Source of the DNA: Rhodanobacteraceae bacterium | GTDB lineage: Bacteria; Pseudomonadota; Gammaproteobacteria; Xanthomonadales; Rhodanobacteraceae | DNA: 64,000 nucleotides | NCBI GenBank assembly: GCA_035249175.1 | Contig: DATFGT010000015.1 | Location: forward strand, 2,458 to 66,457 | Direction of reading: 5' to 3' | In this document: piece by piece, positions 27,923 through 38,936 of the stretch | Numbering within the stretch: position 1 is the stretch's first letter | How the letters are laid out: the number at the start of each line of letters is the position of its first letter | Program-made: the position numbers and the translations under genes | Notes under the pieces: model-generated | The model's input: the letters and a program-made list of their open reading frames with translations, nothing else | Databases searched by the model: none | What the model was told of the DNA's origin: nothing

Positions 27923-28839
27923 GCATCGTTCCCGACAACGCACGCTTGCCCGATGTCGCCACCGGCGCGCAGCCGGATGCGGGCGGTGTGCTGGACTGGG
28001 TCGGCATGGAGGGCATCGACCTGCCGGTGCGCTGCGCGGACGGGCAGGGCGGCATCACCCTGGTGCCCGCGCGGGTTTCGGCGCAGGTGAACCTTGCCGA
28101 TCCCGCGGCGCGCGGCATCCACATGTCGCGACTGTATCTCGCGCTCGAGAAATCGCTGGGCGAACAGACACTGACACCTGCGGGTCTGTGCAGCCTGCTG
28201 CATACGCTGGTGGCGTCCCACGCGGATCTTTCCAGTCGTGTCCGCCTGCGCATCGAGTATTCGCAATTGCTGAAGCGCCGCGCGCTGGTCAGTGACAATG
28301 CGGGTTGGCGCGCGTATCCGGTTGCCATCGAGGCGCAATTGCTGGACGAACACTTCAGCGTGCAACTGGGTTGCGAAGTGACGTATTCATCGACGTGCCC
28401 GGCTTCGGCGGCGCTGTCGCGGCAACTCAACCAGCAGCGATTCGATGAAGATTTCGCCGACACCGTGCCGTCGCAACGCGCGGTGCGCGAGTGGCTGGGT
28501 TCCGAGCGCGGCATGGCCGCGACCCCCCATGCGCAGCGCAGCACCGCGACGGTCATGGTGCGGCTCGCGCCGGGCTTCGATCTGCCGGTGTCGGAACTGA
28601 TCGACGCCATTGAAGACGCGCTGGCGACGCCGGTGCAAACGGCCGTCAAGCGCGAAGACGAACAGGCCTTTGCGAAACTGAACGCCGAAAACCTGATGTT
28701 TTGCGAAGACGCCGTGCGCCGCATCCGCGCGGCGCTGGACACCGACACGCGCATCGCCGGCTACCGCATCCGCACGGCGCACCACGAGAGCCTGCATCCG
28801 CACGATGCAGTCGCTGAAGTTGCGAAGAACTTCGACTGA
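27919..28839 (+). CDS. folE2: GTP cyclohydrolase IB (FolE2)
   Basis: 306 aa with LPDVA...VGMEGIDLPVR...ARGIHMSRLY, characteristic of the COG1469/FolE2 family. The start ATGA overlaps the preceding stop. Confidence 0.88.
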   Translation: MSIVPDNARLPDVATGAQPDAGGVLDWVGMEGIDLPVRCADGQGGITLVPARVSAQVNLADPAARGIHMSRLYLALEKSLGEQTLTPAGLCSLLHTLVASHADLSSRVRLRIEYSQLLKRRALVSDNAGWRAYPVAIEAQLLDEHFSVQLGCEVTYSSTCPASAALSRQLNQQRFDEDFADTVPSQRAVREWLGSERGMAATPHAQRSTATVMVRLAPGFDLPVSELIDAIEDALATPVQTAVKREDEQAFAKLNAENLMFCEDAVRRIRAALDTDTRIAGYRIRTAHHESLHPHDAVAEVAKNFD

Positions 28840-28848
28840 TCCGCAGCA

Positions 28849-30183
28849 TCAACGATCGAACGCCAGGCGCATGCCCATTGGCGCGACGAGGATTTTTCCG
28901 TCGCGCGCAACCAGATTGCCATTGACGAAGGTCGCGGTGATGCTGGCGCGGAAGGTATCGCCTTCGAACGGTGACCAGCCGCATTTCGACAGCACCTGGT
29001 CCTTGCGCACTGTCTGTGGTTTGTTCGGATCGATCAGGGCGAGGTCGGCGAAATGTCCCTCGCGCAGATAACCACGTTCCTGGATCGCGAACAGCGTCGC
29101 CGGTGCGTGCGCGCAGGCTTCCACCAGGCGCTCCAACGTGAAGTCGCCGCGGAACACGCCCTCCAGTGCCGACTGCAATGCGAACTGGATCAGCGGAATG
29201 CCCGACGGGCAACGCGTATACGGGTTGGCTTTTTCCGATTCGAGGTGTGGCGCGTGATCGGTGGCGAGGATGTCGATGCGCGTATCCGCCAGCGCGCGCG
29301 TCAGCGCTTCACGGTCAGACGCCGCCTTGATCGCCGGATTGCATTTGACCTTGCCGCCCAGCGTCGCGTAGTCGGCATTGCTGTAGCGCAGAAAGTGCAC
29401 GCAGGTTTCGGAGGTGATCTTCTTGTTGGCGATCGGGCCAGTTTCGAACATCGCCAGCTCGTCGGCCGTGGACACGTGCAGCACGTGCAGCCGTGTGCCG
29501 TGCCGGCGCGCGGTAGCCACTGCCCACTTCGTCGATTCCAAGCAAGCCTCGCGCGAGCGGATATCTGGATGCAGCCGCATAGGGATGTCGTCGCCGTATT
29601 CGGCCTTTGCGCGATCGAGATTCGCGTGGATGATGCCGTTGTCTTCGCAGTGCACGACGACGGTCACCGGCGAGTCGCGGAATACGCTTTCCAGCGCCGC
29701 CGGATCGCTGACGCAGAGATTGCCGGTCGATTCGCACAGGAACACCTTCACGCCCGGCACCTTGCGCGGATCGAGCGCGCGAATCGCGTCCAGGTTGTCG
29801 TTGCTGGCGCCGAAATAGAACGCGTGGTTGGCCAGCGACGTGCGCGAAGCGATCGCGTACTTGTCTTCCAGCAACACCTGCGTCAGTGTGGCCGGTTTGG
29901 TATTCGGCATGTCGATGAAACTGGTGACGCCACCCGCCACGGCCGCCCGCGATTCCGAAGCGATGTCGGCCTTCGCGGTGTAGCCGGGTTCGCGGAAATG
30001 CACGTGGTCATCGATCATGCCGGGCAGCAGCCACAGGCCCGATGCGTCGAACACCTGTTCATTTGCGTGCGCGGCCAGATCGCCGCCGATTTCGGCGATG
30101 CGCGGGCCGTGGACGCGGAGGTCGGCGTGGAAGCGGCGGCCTTCGTTGACGAGTTCGGCATTCTTGACCAGCCAGTCGGCCAT
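28849..30183 (-). CDS. pyrC: Dihydroorotase, long (~445 aa) amidohydrolase type
   Basis: 444 aa with LPGMIDDHVHFREPG (HxH metal site intact) and VTSFIDMPNTKP. It is convergent with folE2. Confidence 0.85.
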   Translation of the reverse strand: MADWLVKNAELVNEGRRFHADLRVHGPRIAEIGGDLAAHANEQVFDASGLWLLPGMIDDHVHFREPGYTAKADIASESRAAVAGGVTSFIDMPNTKPATLTQVLLEDKYAIASRTSLANHAFYFGASNDNLDAIRALDPRKVPGVKVFLCESTGNLCVSDPAALESVFRDSPVTVVVHCEDNGIIHANLDRAKAEYGDDIPMRLHPDIRSREACLESTKWAVATARRHGTRLHVLHVSTADELAMFETGPIANKKITSETCVHFLRYSNADYATLGGKVKCNPAIKAASDREALTRALADTRIDILATDHAPHLESEKANPYTRCPSGIPLIQFALQSALEGVFRGDFTLERLVEACAHAPATLFAIQERGYLREGHFADLALIDPNKPQTVRKDQVLSKCGWSPFEGDTFRASITATFVNGNLVARDGKILVAPMGMRLAFDR

Positions 30184-30435
30184 TCAGTGTTCTCCATGGG
30201 AGCGGCAGCGCCGCAACGTGAAATGCTCGGGCACGGGGTCCATACCGCCTTCACACAACGGTTGGCAGCGCAGGATACGCCATGCCGCAAGCACGCTGCC
30301 GCGCCACGGCCCGTGGCGCGCGATGGCGATGCGCGCGTAGGTCGAGCACGTCGGATAAAAACGGCAACGCGCGCCCAGCAGCGGGCTCAACAGGCGCTTG
30401 TACGCAGCGATCAGGAACAACAGGAAGCGTGTCAC
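30184..30435 (-). CDS. yidD: Membrane protein insertion efficiency factor YidD
   Basis: 83 aa from GTG 30435, with [50 protein letters not shown], which is the YidD signature. Its stop abuts the pyrC ATG (TGAATG). Confidence 0.85.
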   Translation of the reverse strand: MTRFLLFLIAAYKRLLSPLLGARCRFYPTCSTYARIAIARHGPWRGSVLAAWRILRCQPLCEGGMDPVPEHFTLRRCRSHGEH

Positions 30436-30555
30436 GAGCGGCGGTCGTCCGCATGGCAGAAAGGGTGCGGGCGGGGCTTTTGAAATTGGTTGCCCGACCG
30501 CATTGACTACGCTATAACACGCGGTCGCATCTCCACAACTTCGAGTGCACAGGAC

Positions 30556-31458
30556 ATGGCAAAACCGAAGCACGGCGCTGCCAAGCGCAGCGGCAAGCAA
30601 GCGAAGCCCACGGCCAAGCCGGCCAAGGCCAAGCCCGCGAAGAAGGCGGTCGTGAAGGCGGCGCGCAAACCCGTGGGCAAGACCGTGCACAAATCGGCGG
30701 TGAAAGCCGCCAAGACGGTAAAGAAGCCGGCCAGAACTGCCAAGGCCGTGAAGAAGGCGATCGTCAAGAAAGCCGCGCCAAAATCAGCCCCCAAAAACAA
30801 ATCCAAGATTCCTGCCGTGAAAAAAGCTGCTTCCGCCAAGACACCGAAGGACACGCTGGCGCTGCACAAATCCGCGCCCGCCAACCATGCCCCCGCCGCC
30901 CACGACACCCCGCGAGCCGCACATCAGCCTGCCCGCAAGCAACATGCGAAGCCCACCGGCGGCGTTGCCGCGCGTCTGAGCGTCGGCGCGGCTGCCGAGC
31001 AGACCATCACCCGCGAGGACGGCCGATACGCGCTGCCGGCCACCGTCAACATCGAGCTGCCCAAGGGTTACCACCCCTCGCTGAAAGAGGAATACATGAA
31101 CCCGAAGCAACTGGCGTACTTCCGCCAGAAGCTGAAGGACTGGCGCGACCAGTTGGTCGAGGAATCGCGCCAGACCATGGAAAACCTGCGCGGGGAAGTG
31201 CGCGACGTGGGCGACGACGCCGAGCGCGCCACCCGCGAAACCGAGAACTCGCTGGAGCTTCGTACCCGCGATCGCTACCGCAAGCTGATTTCGAAGATCG
31301 AAAAGGCGCTGCGCAAGATCGAGGAAGGCCGCTACGGTTACTGCGAGGAAACCGACGAGGAAATCGGTCTGGAGCGCCTCGAGGCACGCCCGATCGCGAC
31401 CCTGTCGCTGGACGCGCAGGAACGGCGCGAGCACCTGCAGAAGCAGATGGGCGACTGA
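30556..31458 (+). CDS. dksA: DksA-family RNA polymerase-binding factor with Lys/Ala-rich N-terminal extension and degenerate zinc finger
   Basis: 300 aa from ATG 30556. Residues ~175-300 ([24 protein letters not shown]...[58 protein letters not shown]) align with the E. coli DksA core. Residues 1-~100 are AKKA/KPAK/VKKA repeats. Confidence 0.9.
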   Translation: MAKPKHGAAKRSGKQAKPTAKPAKAKPAKKAVVKAARKPVGKTVHKSAVKAAKTVKKPARTAKAVKKAIVKKAAPKSAPKNKSKIPAVKKAASAKTPKDTLALHKSAPANHAPAAHDTPRAAHQPARKQHAKPTGGVAARLSVGAAAEQTITREDGRYALPATVNIELPKGYHPSLKEEYMNPKQLAYFRQKLKDWRDQLVEESRQTMENLRGEVRDVGDDAERATRETENSLELRTRDRYRKLISKIEKALRKIEEGRYGYCEETDEEIGLERLEARPIATLSLDAQERREHLQKQMGD

Positions 31459-31768
31459 GGAAAGGCTTCCGCTCGCACCTCGGGAACGCGCGGGAGCGCC
31501 GAAGGCGGCCCGAAGGGCGAAGGGCAGGATGCCTGCAATAAAGAGAAGGCCACCCCGCGAACACGCCCTTCGCTCATCCATGGGCTGCGGGTCCGCTCGC
31601 CCACGCCAGGGTTCGCTGACGGCACGTTCTTGTGCCTGCGGCGAACGGGCGCGCATCCTGCGGGCCATCCTCCAGGCTGATCCGACGACCGCTCGCGCGT
31701 CCGAGGGGCGAGCGAAACCATACTGGAAGATTCCCGTGCTCGCACTGCGAGCAGCATCACCCTTGACG

Positions 31769-31797
31769 CTTGATCCCGGCGCGCGCCGCCTCCATTC
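31769..31797 (+). promoter_or_regulatory. Candidate sigma32 heat-shock promoter for lon
   Basis: CTTGATC-N14-CTCCATTC compared with the remembered consensus CTTGAAA-N13/14-CCCCATNT. It ends ~55 nt upstream of the lon ATG. Confidence 0.35.
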
Positions 31798-31851
31798 TCA
31801 TCACAACGCCCGCATTCGCGGGTTTGAAGCAATACGACCCCTGAATCCGAC

Positions 31852-34398
<2,547 letters not shown>

Positions 34399-34539
34399 AC
34401 TTGACGCAAGTTGCCGACGGCACGCGCGATGCATGGCGCGTCACCGTCCGGCACTTGCGTTTTTGTGCGCGCCATGATGGCACATCCGAAACTGTTGCAT
34501 TCGGACGTTCGACACGCTGAAATTCAAGCCCTGCCTTTA

Positions 34540-34568
34540 TTGCGAGCCCGGTGGGGCGCTGGTATAAA
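34540..34568 (+). promoter_or_regulatory. Candidate sigma70 promoter for hupB
   Basis: TTGCGA (34540-34545), 17-nt spacer, TATAAA (34563-34568). It lies ~150 nt upstream of the hupB ATG. Confidence 0.4.
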
Positions 34569-34716
34569 GGCCGGGCCGTGCGACGCAGACGCTCCATGTC
34601 GCGCATCGATACGGGAATCGCAACACGACCGGACAAGACGTGATCCCGGCGACATCGGGAAAACGTCCTTCCACCGAACAATCCACGGGCTGCTCGAAAC
34701 CCAAGAGGGAGTCTCC

Positions 34717-34989
34717 ATGAACAAAGCTGAATTGATCAATGCAATGGCCGATCACGCCGATCTGTCCAAGGCCGATGCTGGCCGTGCACTCGACGCCGTC
34801 ACCGATCAGATCAAGCGCGCGCTGAAGAAGGGCGACGACGTTTCGCTGGTCGGTTTCGGCACCTTCGTGGTGCGCAAGCGCGCCGCGCGTACCGGTCGCA
34901 ACCCGCGTACCGGCGCTACCATCAAGATCAAGGCGTCGAAGGTGCCGGCGTTCAAGGCTGGCAAGGCGCTGAAGGATGCGCTGAACTGA
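34717..34989 (+). CDS. hupB: DNA-binding protein HU-beta
   Basis: 90 aa, [66 protein letters not shown]; RBS GAGGGAG. Confidence 0.96.
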   Translation: MNKAELINAMADHADLSKADAGRALDAVTDQIKRALKKGDDVSLVGFGTFVVRKRAARTGRNPRTGATIKIKASKVPAFKAGKALKDALN

Positions 34990-34998
34990 GGCTCCTGT

Positions 34999-35057
34999 GC
35001 GACCGGCATGGCCGGTCGCATGCGGATTTCGCGGCCGACGCGTGTTGCGTCGGCCGC
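34999..35057 (+). terminator. Two tandem GC hairpins after hupB
   Basis: gcgaccggc-atg-gccggtcgc (34999-35019) and gcggccgacgc-gtgtt-gcgtcggccgc (35031-35057), followed by agcgtttcg. Confidence 0.5.
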
Positions 35058-35422
35058 AGCGTTTCGGGGGATACAATTCGTTGCGCGGGCACCGGTGCTT
35101 TTCGACGCGCTGCATTTTGATCTGCGAAAAGCTCCGGTACATGGATGCCGGCCCGGAAGACCGCTTTGCGGCTGGCGCAGGATGTTCTCGCAAGTTTTGC
35201 CCTCACCCCAGCGCTACGCTCGGCCGCAGGCGCCCTCTCCCGCAAGCAGGAGAGGGGAGTGATAATCGCGCTGCGCGCGATGCATTATTGATTGGATATG
35301 CGGCACATGGATGTGCCGCGCGCGGAAGCCGCTTGGCGGCTGACGCGGAAAACGTGGCGCGGCTTAGCCGCGACCGTTTTCGTGAGGGCCGTGGCGGGAT
35401 GCCCGGTCCCGAACAACAACAT

Positions 35423-35497
35423 GGGCGCTTAGCTCAGCGGTAGAGCGTCTCCTTTACACGGAGAGGGTCGGGGGTTCGATCCCCTCAGCGCCCACCA
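35423..35497 (+). tRNA. tRNA-Val (anticodon TAC)
   Basis: Manual cloverleaf: acceptor GGGCGCT/AGCGCCC, D arm GCTC-AGCGGTA-GAGC, anticodon arm TCTCC-TTTACAC-GGAGA, T arm GGGGG-TTCGATC-CCCTC, encoded CCA. Confidence 0.93.
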
Positions 35498-35569
35498 TTC
35501 CCGGGCCGCGCAGGCGTGCCGCTTGCCTTACAATACCCGGCTGATTTGGCCATCGTCACGGCGGAAACC

Positions 35570-37492
35570 ATGCTGCAAGCCATTCGCAACCTGTTCAAAA
35601 GCTGGATCGTCATCGCGATATTCGGCGTGCTGGTGGTCGTCGCGTTCCTGTTCTTCGGCATCGAGGGCTACTTCAGCCAAAGCAACGCGACCTGGGTGGC
35701 CAAGGTCGACGGTCACGAAATCTCGCAGCAGGATTTCAACGCCGCGTTGAACAATGCCCGGCAGCAGCAGTTGAGCCAGCCCGGCAACACGATGGATCCG
35801 GCCGATTTCGAAAAGTCGGCTTTCAAGGAGGAAGTGCTGAAGCGCGTGATCAATCGCCAATTGCTGATCAATGCGAATGAAAAGTACGGCATCCAGGTGC
35901 CCGATGCGGTGGTGCGAGACCAGATCGCTTCGTATCCGATCTTCCAGGTGAACGGCAAGTTCGATTCGTCCACGTATCTCGCGTGGCTGGCGCAGCAGGG
36001 CAAGACCGCGCAGCAGTTCCAGGACGAGATTCGTTCTGATCTGGCGACCCAGCAGGTGCCACAGGCCATCGTCGCCACTGCGTTCAGCACCAAGGCGGAA
36101 GCCGAAGCCTTCCTGCGCCTGCAGTTGCAGGAGCGTGATTTCAGCTACGTGGAGTTGCCGCCCCCGCCGCTGACCGCCGCCGAGCAGCAGGTCACCGACG
36201 CGCAGATCGCGGATTATTACAAGCAGCACCGATCAGATTTCATGACGCCGGAAGAAGTGTCGGTGAGCTACATCGATCTCGACGCGGCCACCATGAAGAG
36301 CACGCCGGACCTGAGTGACAAGGCGCTACAGGCGCGCTATGACAAGGAGAAGGCGCGGTTCGTGAGTCCGCCGCAGTGGGAGGTTTCACACATCCTGATC
36401 AAGCTGCCGGCCAAGCCCACCGACGCCGACAAGCAGGCGGCGCTGGCCAAGGCGCAGAAGGTCGACGCGCTGGCCAAGGCGTCCGGTGCCGACTTCGCGA
36501 AGCTGGCCGAAGAATATTCGGACGACCTGGGTTCCAAGCGCCAGGGCGGCGACCTCGGTTGGTTGTCGAAGGGCGATGCCGGCCCCGAGTTCCAGGCCGC
36601 GTTGGACAAGCTGAAGAAGGGCGAGGTTTCCGATCCGGTGTTGACCTCGGACGGCTACCACATCATCGACCTGCGCGACGTGCGCGAGGGCCACGCCGAA
36701 ACCTTTGCGCAGGTGCGCGATCAATTGGTGCAGGAAGCCACCAAGGACGCGCGGCAGGACAATTATCGCGATGTCGGCAACAAGCTGACCGACATGATCT
36801 ACAACGATCCGACTTCGCTGAAGCCGGCGGCGGAAAAACTCGGGTTGACGATCCAGACTACGCCGCTGTTCGGGCGCGAAGGTGCGAAGACGGGGTTGGC
36901 CGCCGATCCCAAGGTGGTGAAAGCTGCATTCTCGGATCTCGTGCTGGCGCAGGGCAATACGTCCGACCCGATCGATCTCGGCAATGACCACATGGTCGTG
37001 ATCCACGTCTCCAAGCACGTCCCGGCGGCCACCAAGCCGCTGGCCGAAGTGAGCGACCAGATCAAGCAGGCCCTCGTCCAGCAACGCGTGGACGCCTCGG
37101 CCAAGAGCCTTGCGGACGCGGCGTTCGCCAAGCTGCAGGAGGGTGCCAAACTGGATGCGCTGGCGCAGGCGGCCGGCCAGACGGTGCAGCAGAAAACCGG
37201 CGTGCTGCGCAACGCCGCCGATCTGGACCCCGATCTCCTGAAGGCTGTGTTCGAAATGGCGCAACCGGCCAAGGGTTCCGACACGCGTGCGTTGGTGCCG
37301 ATGGAGAAAGGGCGCTTTGCGCTTGTGGTGCTGAGTGCGGTCAGGCCCGGCGATTCATCCAAGGTGCCGGCGGAAGCGCAGGGTTTCCTGCGGGAACAGA
37401 TGGCGCGCGTTTACGGCGAGGCGGACATCGAGGCGTTCCTCGACGTGCTGCGCAGCGGCGCCAAGATCGAAACGGCACCGCAACGTCTTTGA
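35570..37492 (+). CDS. ppiD: Periplasmic chaperone / peptidyl-prolyl isomerase PpiD
   Basis: 640 aa from ATG 35570. It has an N-terminal TM anchor WIVIAIFGVLVVVAFLFFGI and a parvulin segment SHILIKLP...GGDLGWLSKGD...GYHIIDL. The lon-hupB-ppiD synteny is conserved. Confidence 0.92.
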   Translation: MLQAIRNLFKSWIVIAIFGVLVVVAFLFFGIEGYFSQSNATWVAKVDGHEISQQDFNAALNNARQQQLSQPGNTMDPADFEKSAFKEEVLKRVINRQLLINANEKYGIQVPDAVVRDQIASYPIFQVNGKFDSSTYLAWLAQQGKTAQQFQDEIRSDLATQQVPQAIVATAFSTKAEAEAFLRLQLQERDFSYVELPPPPLTAAEQQVTDAQIADYYKQHRSDFMTPEEVSVSYIDLDAATMKSTPDLSDKALQARYDKEKARFVSPPQWEVSHILIKLPAKPTDADKQAALAKAQKVDALAKASGADFAKLAEEYSDDLGSKRQGGDLGWLSKGDAGPEFQAALDKLKKGEVSDPVLTSDGYHIIDLRDVREGHAETFAQVRDQLVQEATKDARQDNYRDVGNKLTDMIYNDPTSLKPAAEKLGLTIQTTPLFGREGAKTGLAADPKVVKAAFSDLVLAQGNTSDPIDLGNDHMVVIHVSKHVPAATKPLAEVSDQIKQALVQQRVDASAKSLADAAFAKLQEGAKLDALAQAAGQTVQQKTGVLRNAADLDPDLLKAVFEMAQPAKGSDTRALVPMEKGRFALVVLSAVRPGDSSKVPAEAQGFLREQMARVYGEADIEAFLDVLRSGAKIETAPQRL

Positions 37493-37495
37493 TGA

Positions 37496-37545
37496 TCGAA
37501 CGCTTGCCCGGACAGTCATGCGACTGTTCCGGGGCAAGCGTTCGA
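37496..37545. terminator. Long hairpin between convergent ppiD and a small ORF (bidirectional terminator candidate)
   Basis: tcgaacgcttgcccggacagtc-atgc-gactgttccggggcaagcgttcga, a ~22-bp stem with two bulges. It starts 4 nt after the ppiD stop. Confidence 0.6.
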
Positions 37546-37594
37546 GAGTTCACATCGTTCGTGGTGCGGGGCCGAACGTTGCACGGTCCCGTCT

Positions 37595-37831
37595 TCAGAG
37601 GTACGTCACCACGACCACGGTACGCTCGGCGTCGCTATCCATGGGCCGGGTGCTGACCACGCGCGGAGGATCATCGAACCTGCCGGTCCGGGCGGTGATC
37701 CGCTCGGCGGAGGTTTCGGACGGGTGCTCGATGACCGGCACGCTTGCGGCGGTGGGCGTTGCGACGGAGCCGGCGAACGTGATCTGTCCACCCGCGACCG
37801 CAAAAGCAATCAGAAACGGCAGGGTTGCCAT
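37595..37831 (-). CDS. Hypothetical small secreted protein (78 aa)
   Basis: MATLPFLIAFAVAGGQITFAGS... has a signal-peptide-like N-terminus. A very strong RBS AAGGAGGGAAAGAGG lies directly upstream of the ATG. The hairpin at 37496-37545 lies downstream. No family was recognised. Confidence 0.5.
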   Translation of the reverse strand: MATLPFLIAFAVAGGQITFAGSVATPTAASVPVIEHPSETSAERITARTGRFDDPPRVVSTRPMDSDAERTVVVVTYL

Positions 37832-38100
37832 TTGCCTCTTTCCCTCCTTGGGATCGACAATGGTTCCCTCTCACACACGCACTTTTTACAGTGCGCACCT
37901 CGTTGGCGTCGGGACTCCCGTCACAGTTCGTCTGGCCTGCAACCTTTCTTCACATTTTGAACCCCGTCGCTCGCCACGGGCGGCTGCGATCGCGACGGGT
38001 GTGGGCCCGCGAATGTGCAACGCATCGCCCGCTCGCATCGTGGCGATCAGACGGCTGCTCTACCGCACGCAATTGACACCGCGGGTGCTTGGGCTGCGTG

Positions 38101-38841
38101 TCACCAGCCCATGTAATGCCCACCGTTGATCGCGAGGTTCGCGCCGGTGATCCACGCAGCCTTGTCGTCGAGAAAGAACGCGACGGCGTAGGCGATCTCG
38201 TCCGGCTCGCCCAAGCGTCCCAGCGGAATCTGCGCCACGATCTTGGCGCGCACGTCCTCGGGAACGGCCATCACCATGTCGGTGCCGATGTAGCCGGGTG
38301 AAACCGTATTGACCGTGATGCCGAACTTGGCGTTTTCCTGCGCCAGCGAAATGGTGAAGCCGTGCATGCCGGCTTTCGACGCAGCGTAGTTGGCCTGACC
38401 ATACTGGCCCTTCTGGCCATTGATCGAACTGATCTGCACGATCCGTCCCCACTTGCGCGACCGCATGCCCTCGATCACCTGCCGCGTCACGTTGAAGCAC
38501 GCGTTCAAGTTGGTGTTCACCACGTCGATCCACTGCTGGTACGTCATCTTGTGGAAGGTGGTGTCACGCGTGATGCCAGCGTTGTTGACCAGAATGTCGA
38601 CGGGCCCGAGCTTGTCCTCGATGATCTTCACCATCTGTTCGCACGATTGCGGTTCCGAAACGTCACCCTTCACCGTGAACACGTCGATGCCCTCGCCAGC
38701 CAGATTGTCGCGCCAGGCTTGGGTCTTTTCCTCGTTGCGATAATTGGTCGCCACCTTGTGTCCCATCCTCGCCAGCCGATGGACGATCGCTGTACCGATC
38801 CCACCGGTACCCCCCGTTACCAGTGCCACGCGTGTGCTCAT
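38101..38841 (-). CDS. phbB: Acetoacetyl-CoA reductase (SDR)
   Basis: 246 aa with VALVTGGTGGIGTAI, NNAGITRD and the YAASKAG catalytic motif, ending GANLAINGGHYMGW as in PhbB. Confidence 0.88.
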   Translation of the reverse strand: MSTRVALVTGGTGGIGTAIVHRLARMGHKVATNYRNEEKTQAWRDNLAGEGIDVFTVKGDVSEPQSCEQMVKIIEDKLGPVDILVNNAGITRDTTFHKMTYQQWIDVVNTNLNACFNVTRQVIEGMRSRKWGRIVQISSINGQKGQYGQANYAASKAGMHGFTISLAQENAKFGITVNTVSPGYIGTDMVMAVPEDVRAKIVAQIPLGRLGEPDEIAYAVAFFLDDKAAWITGANLAINGGHYMGW

Positions 38842-38936
38842 GACGGCTCCTTTCGGGTGATGGTGCGGCCATCCTAGCGCTTTGCCGCTTGCGTCGGCAG
38901 CCTTCGCAAGCTGCTACGTTACTCGTTACGTCCATG

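Noticed and set aside
30436-30555. Zur box in the yidD-dksA divergent region
   Set aside because: Only a single TATAACA half-site (30513-30519) is present, which doubles as a plausible -10 element (TTGCCC-N17-TATAAC). There is no palindromic partner.
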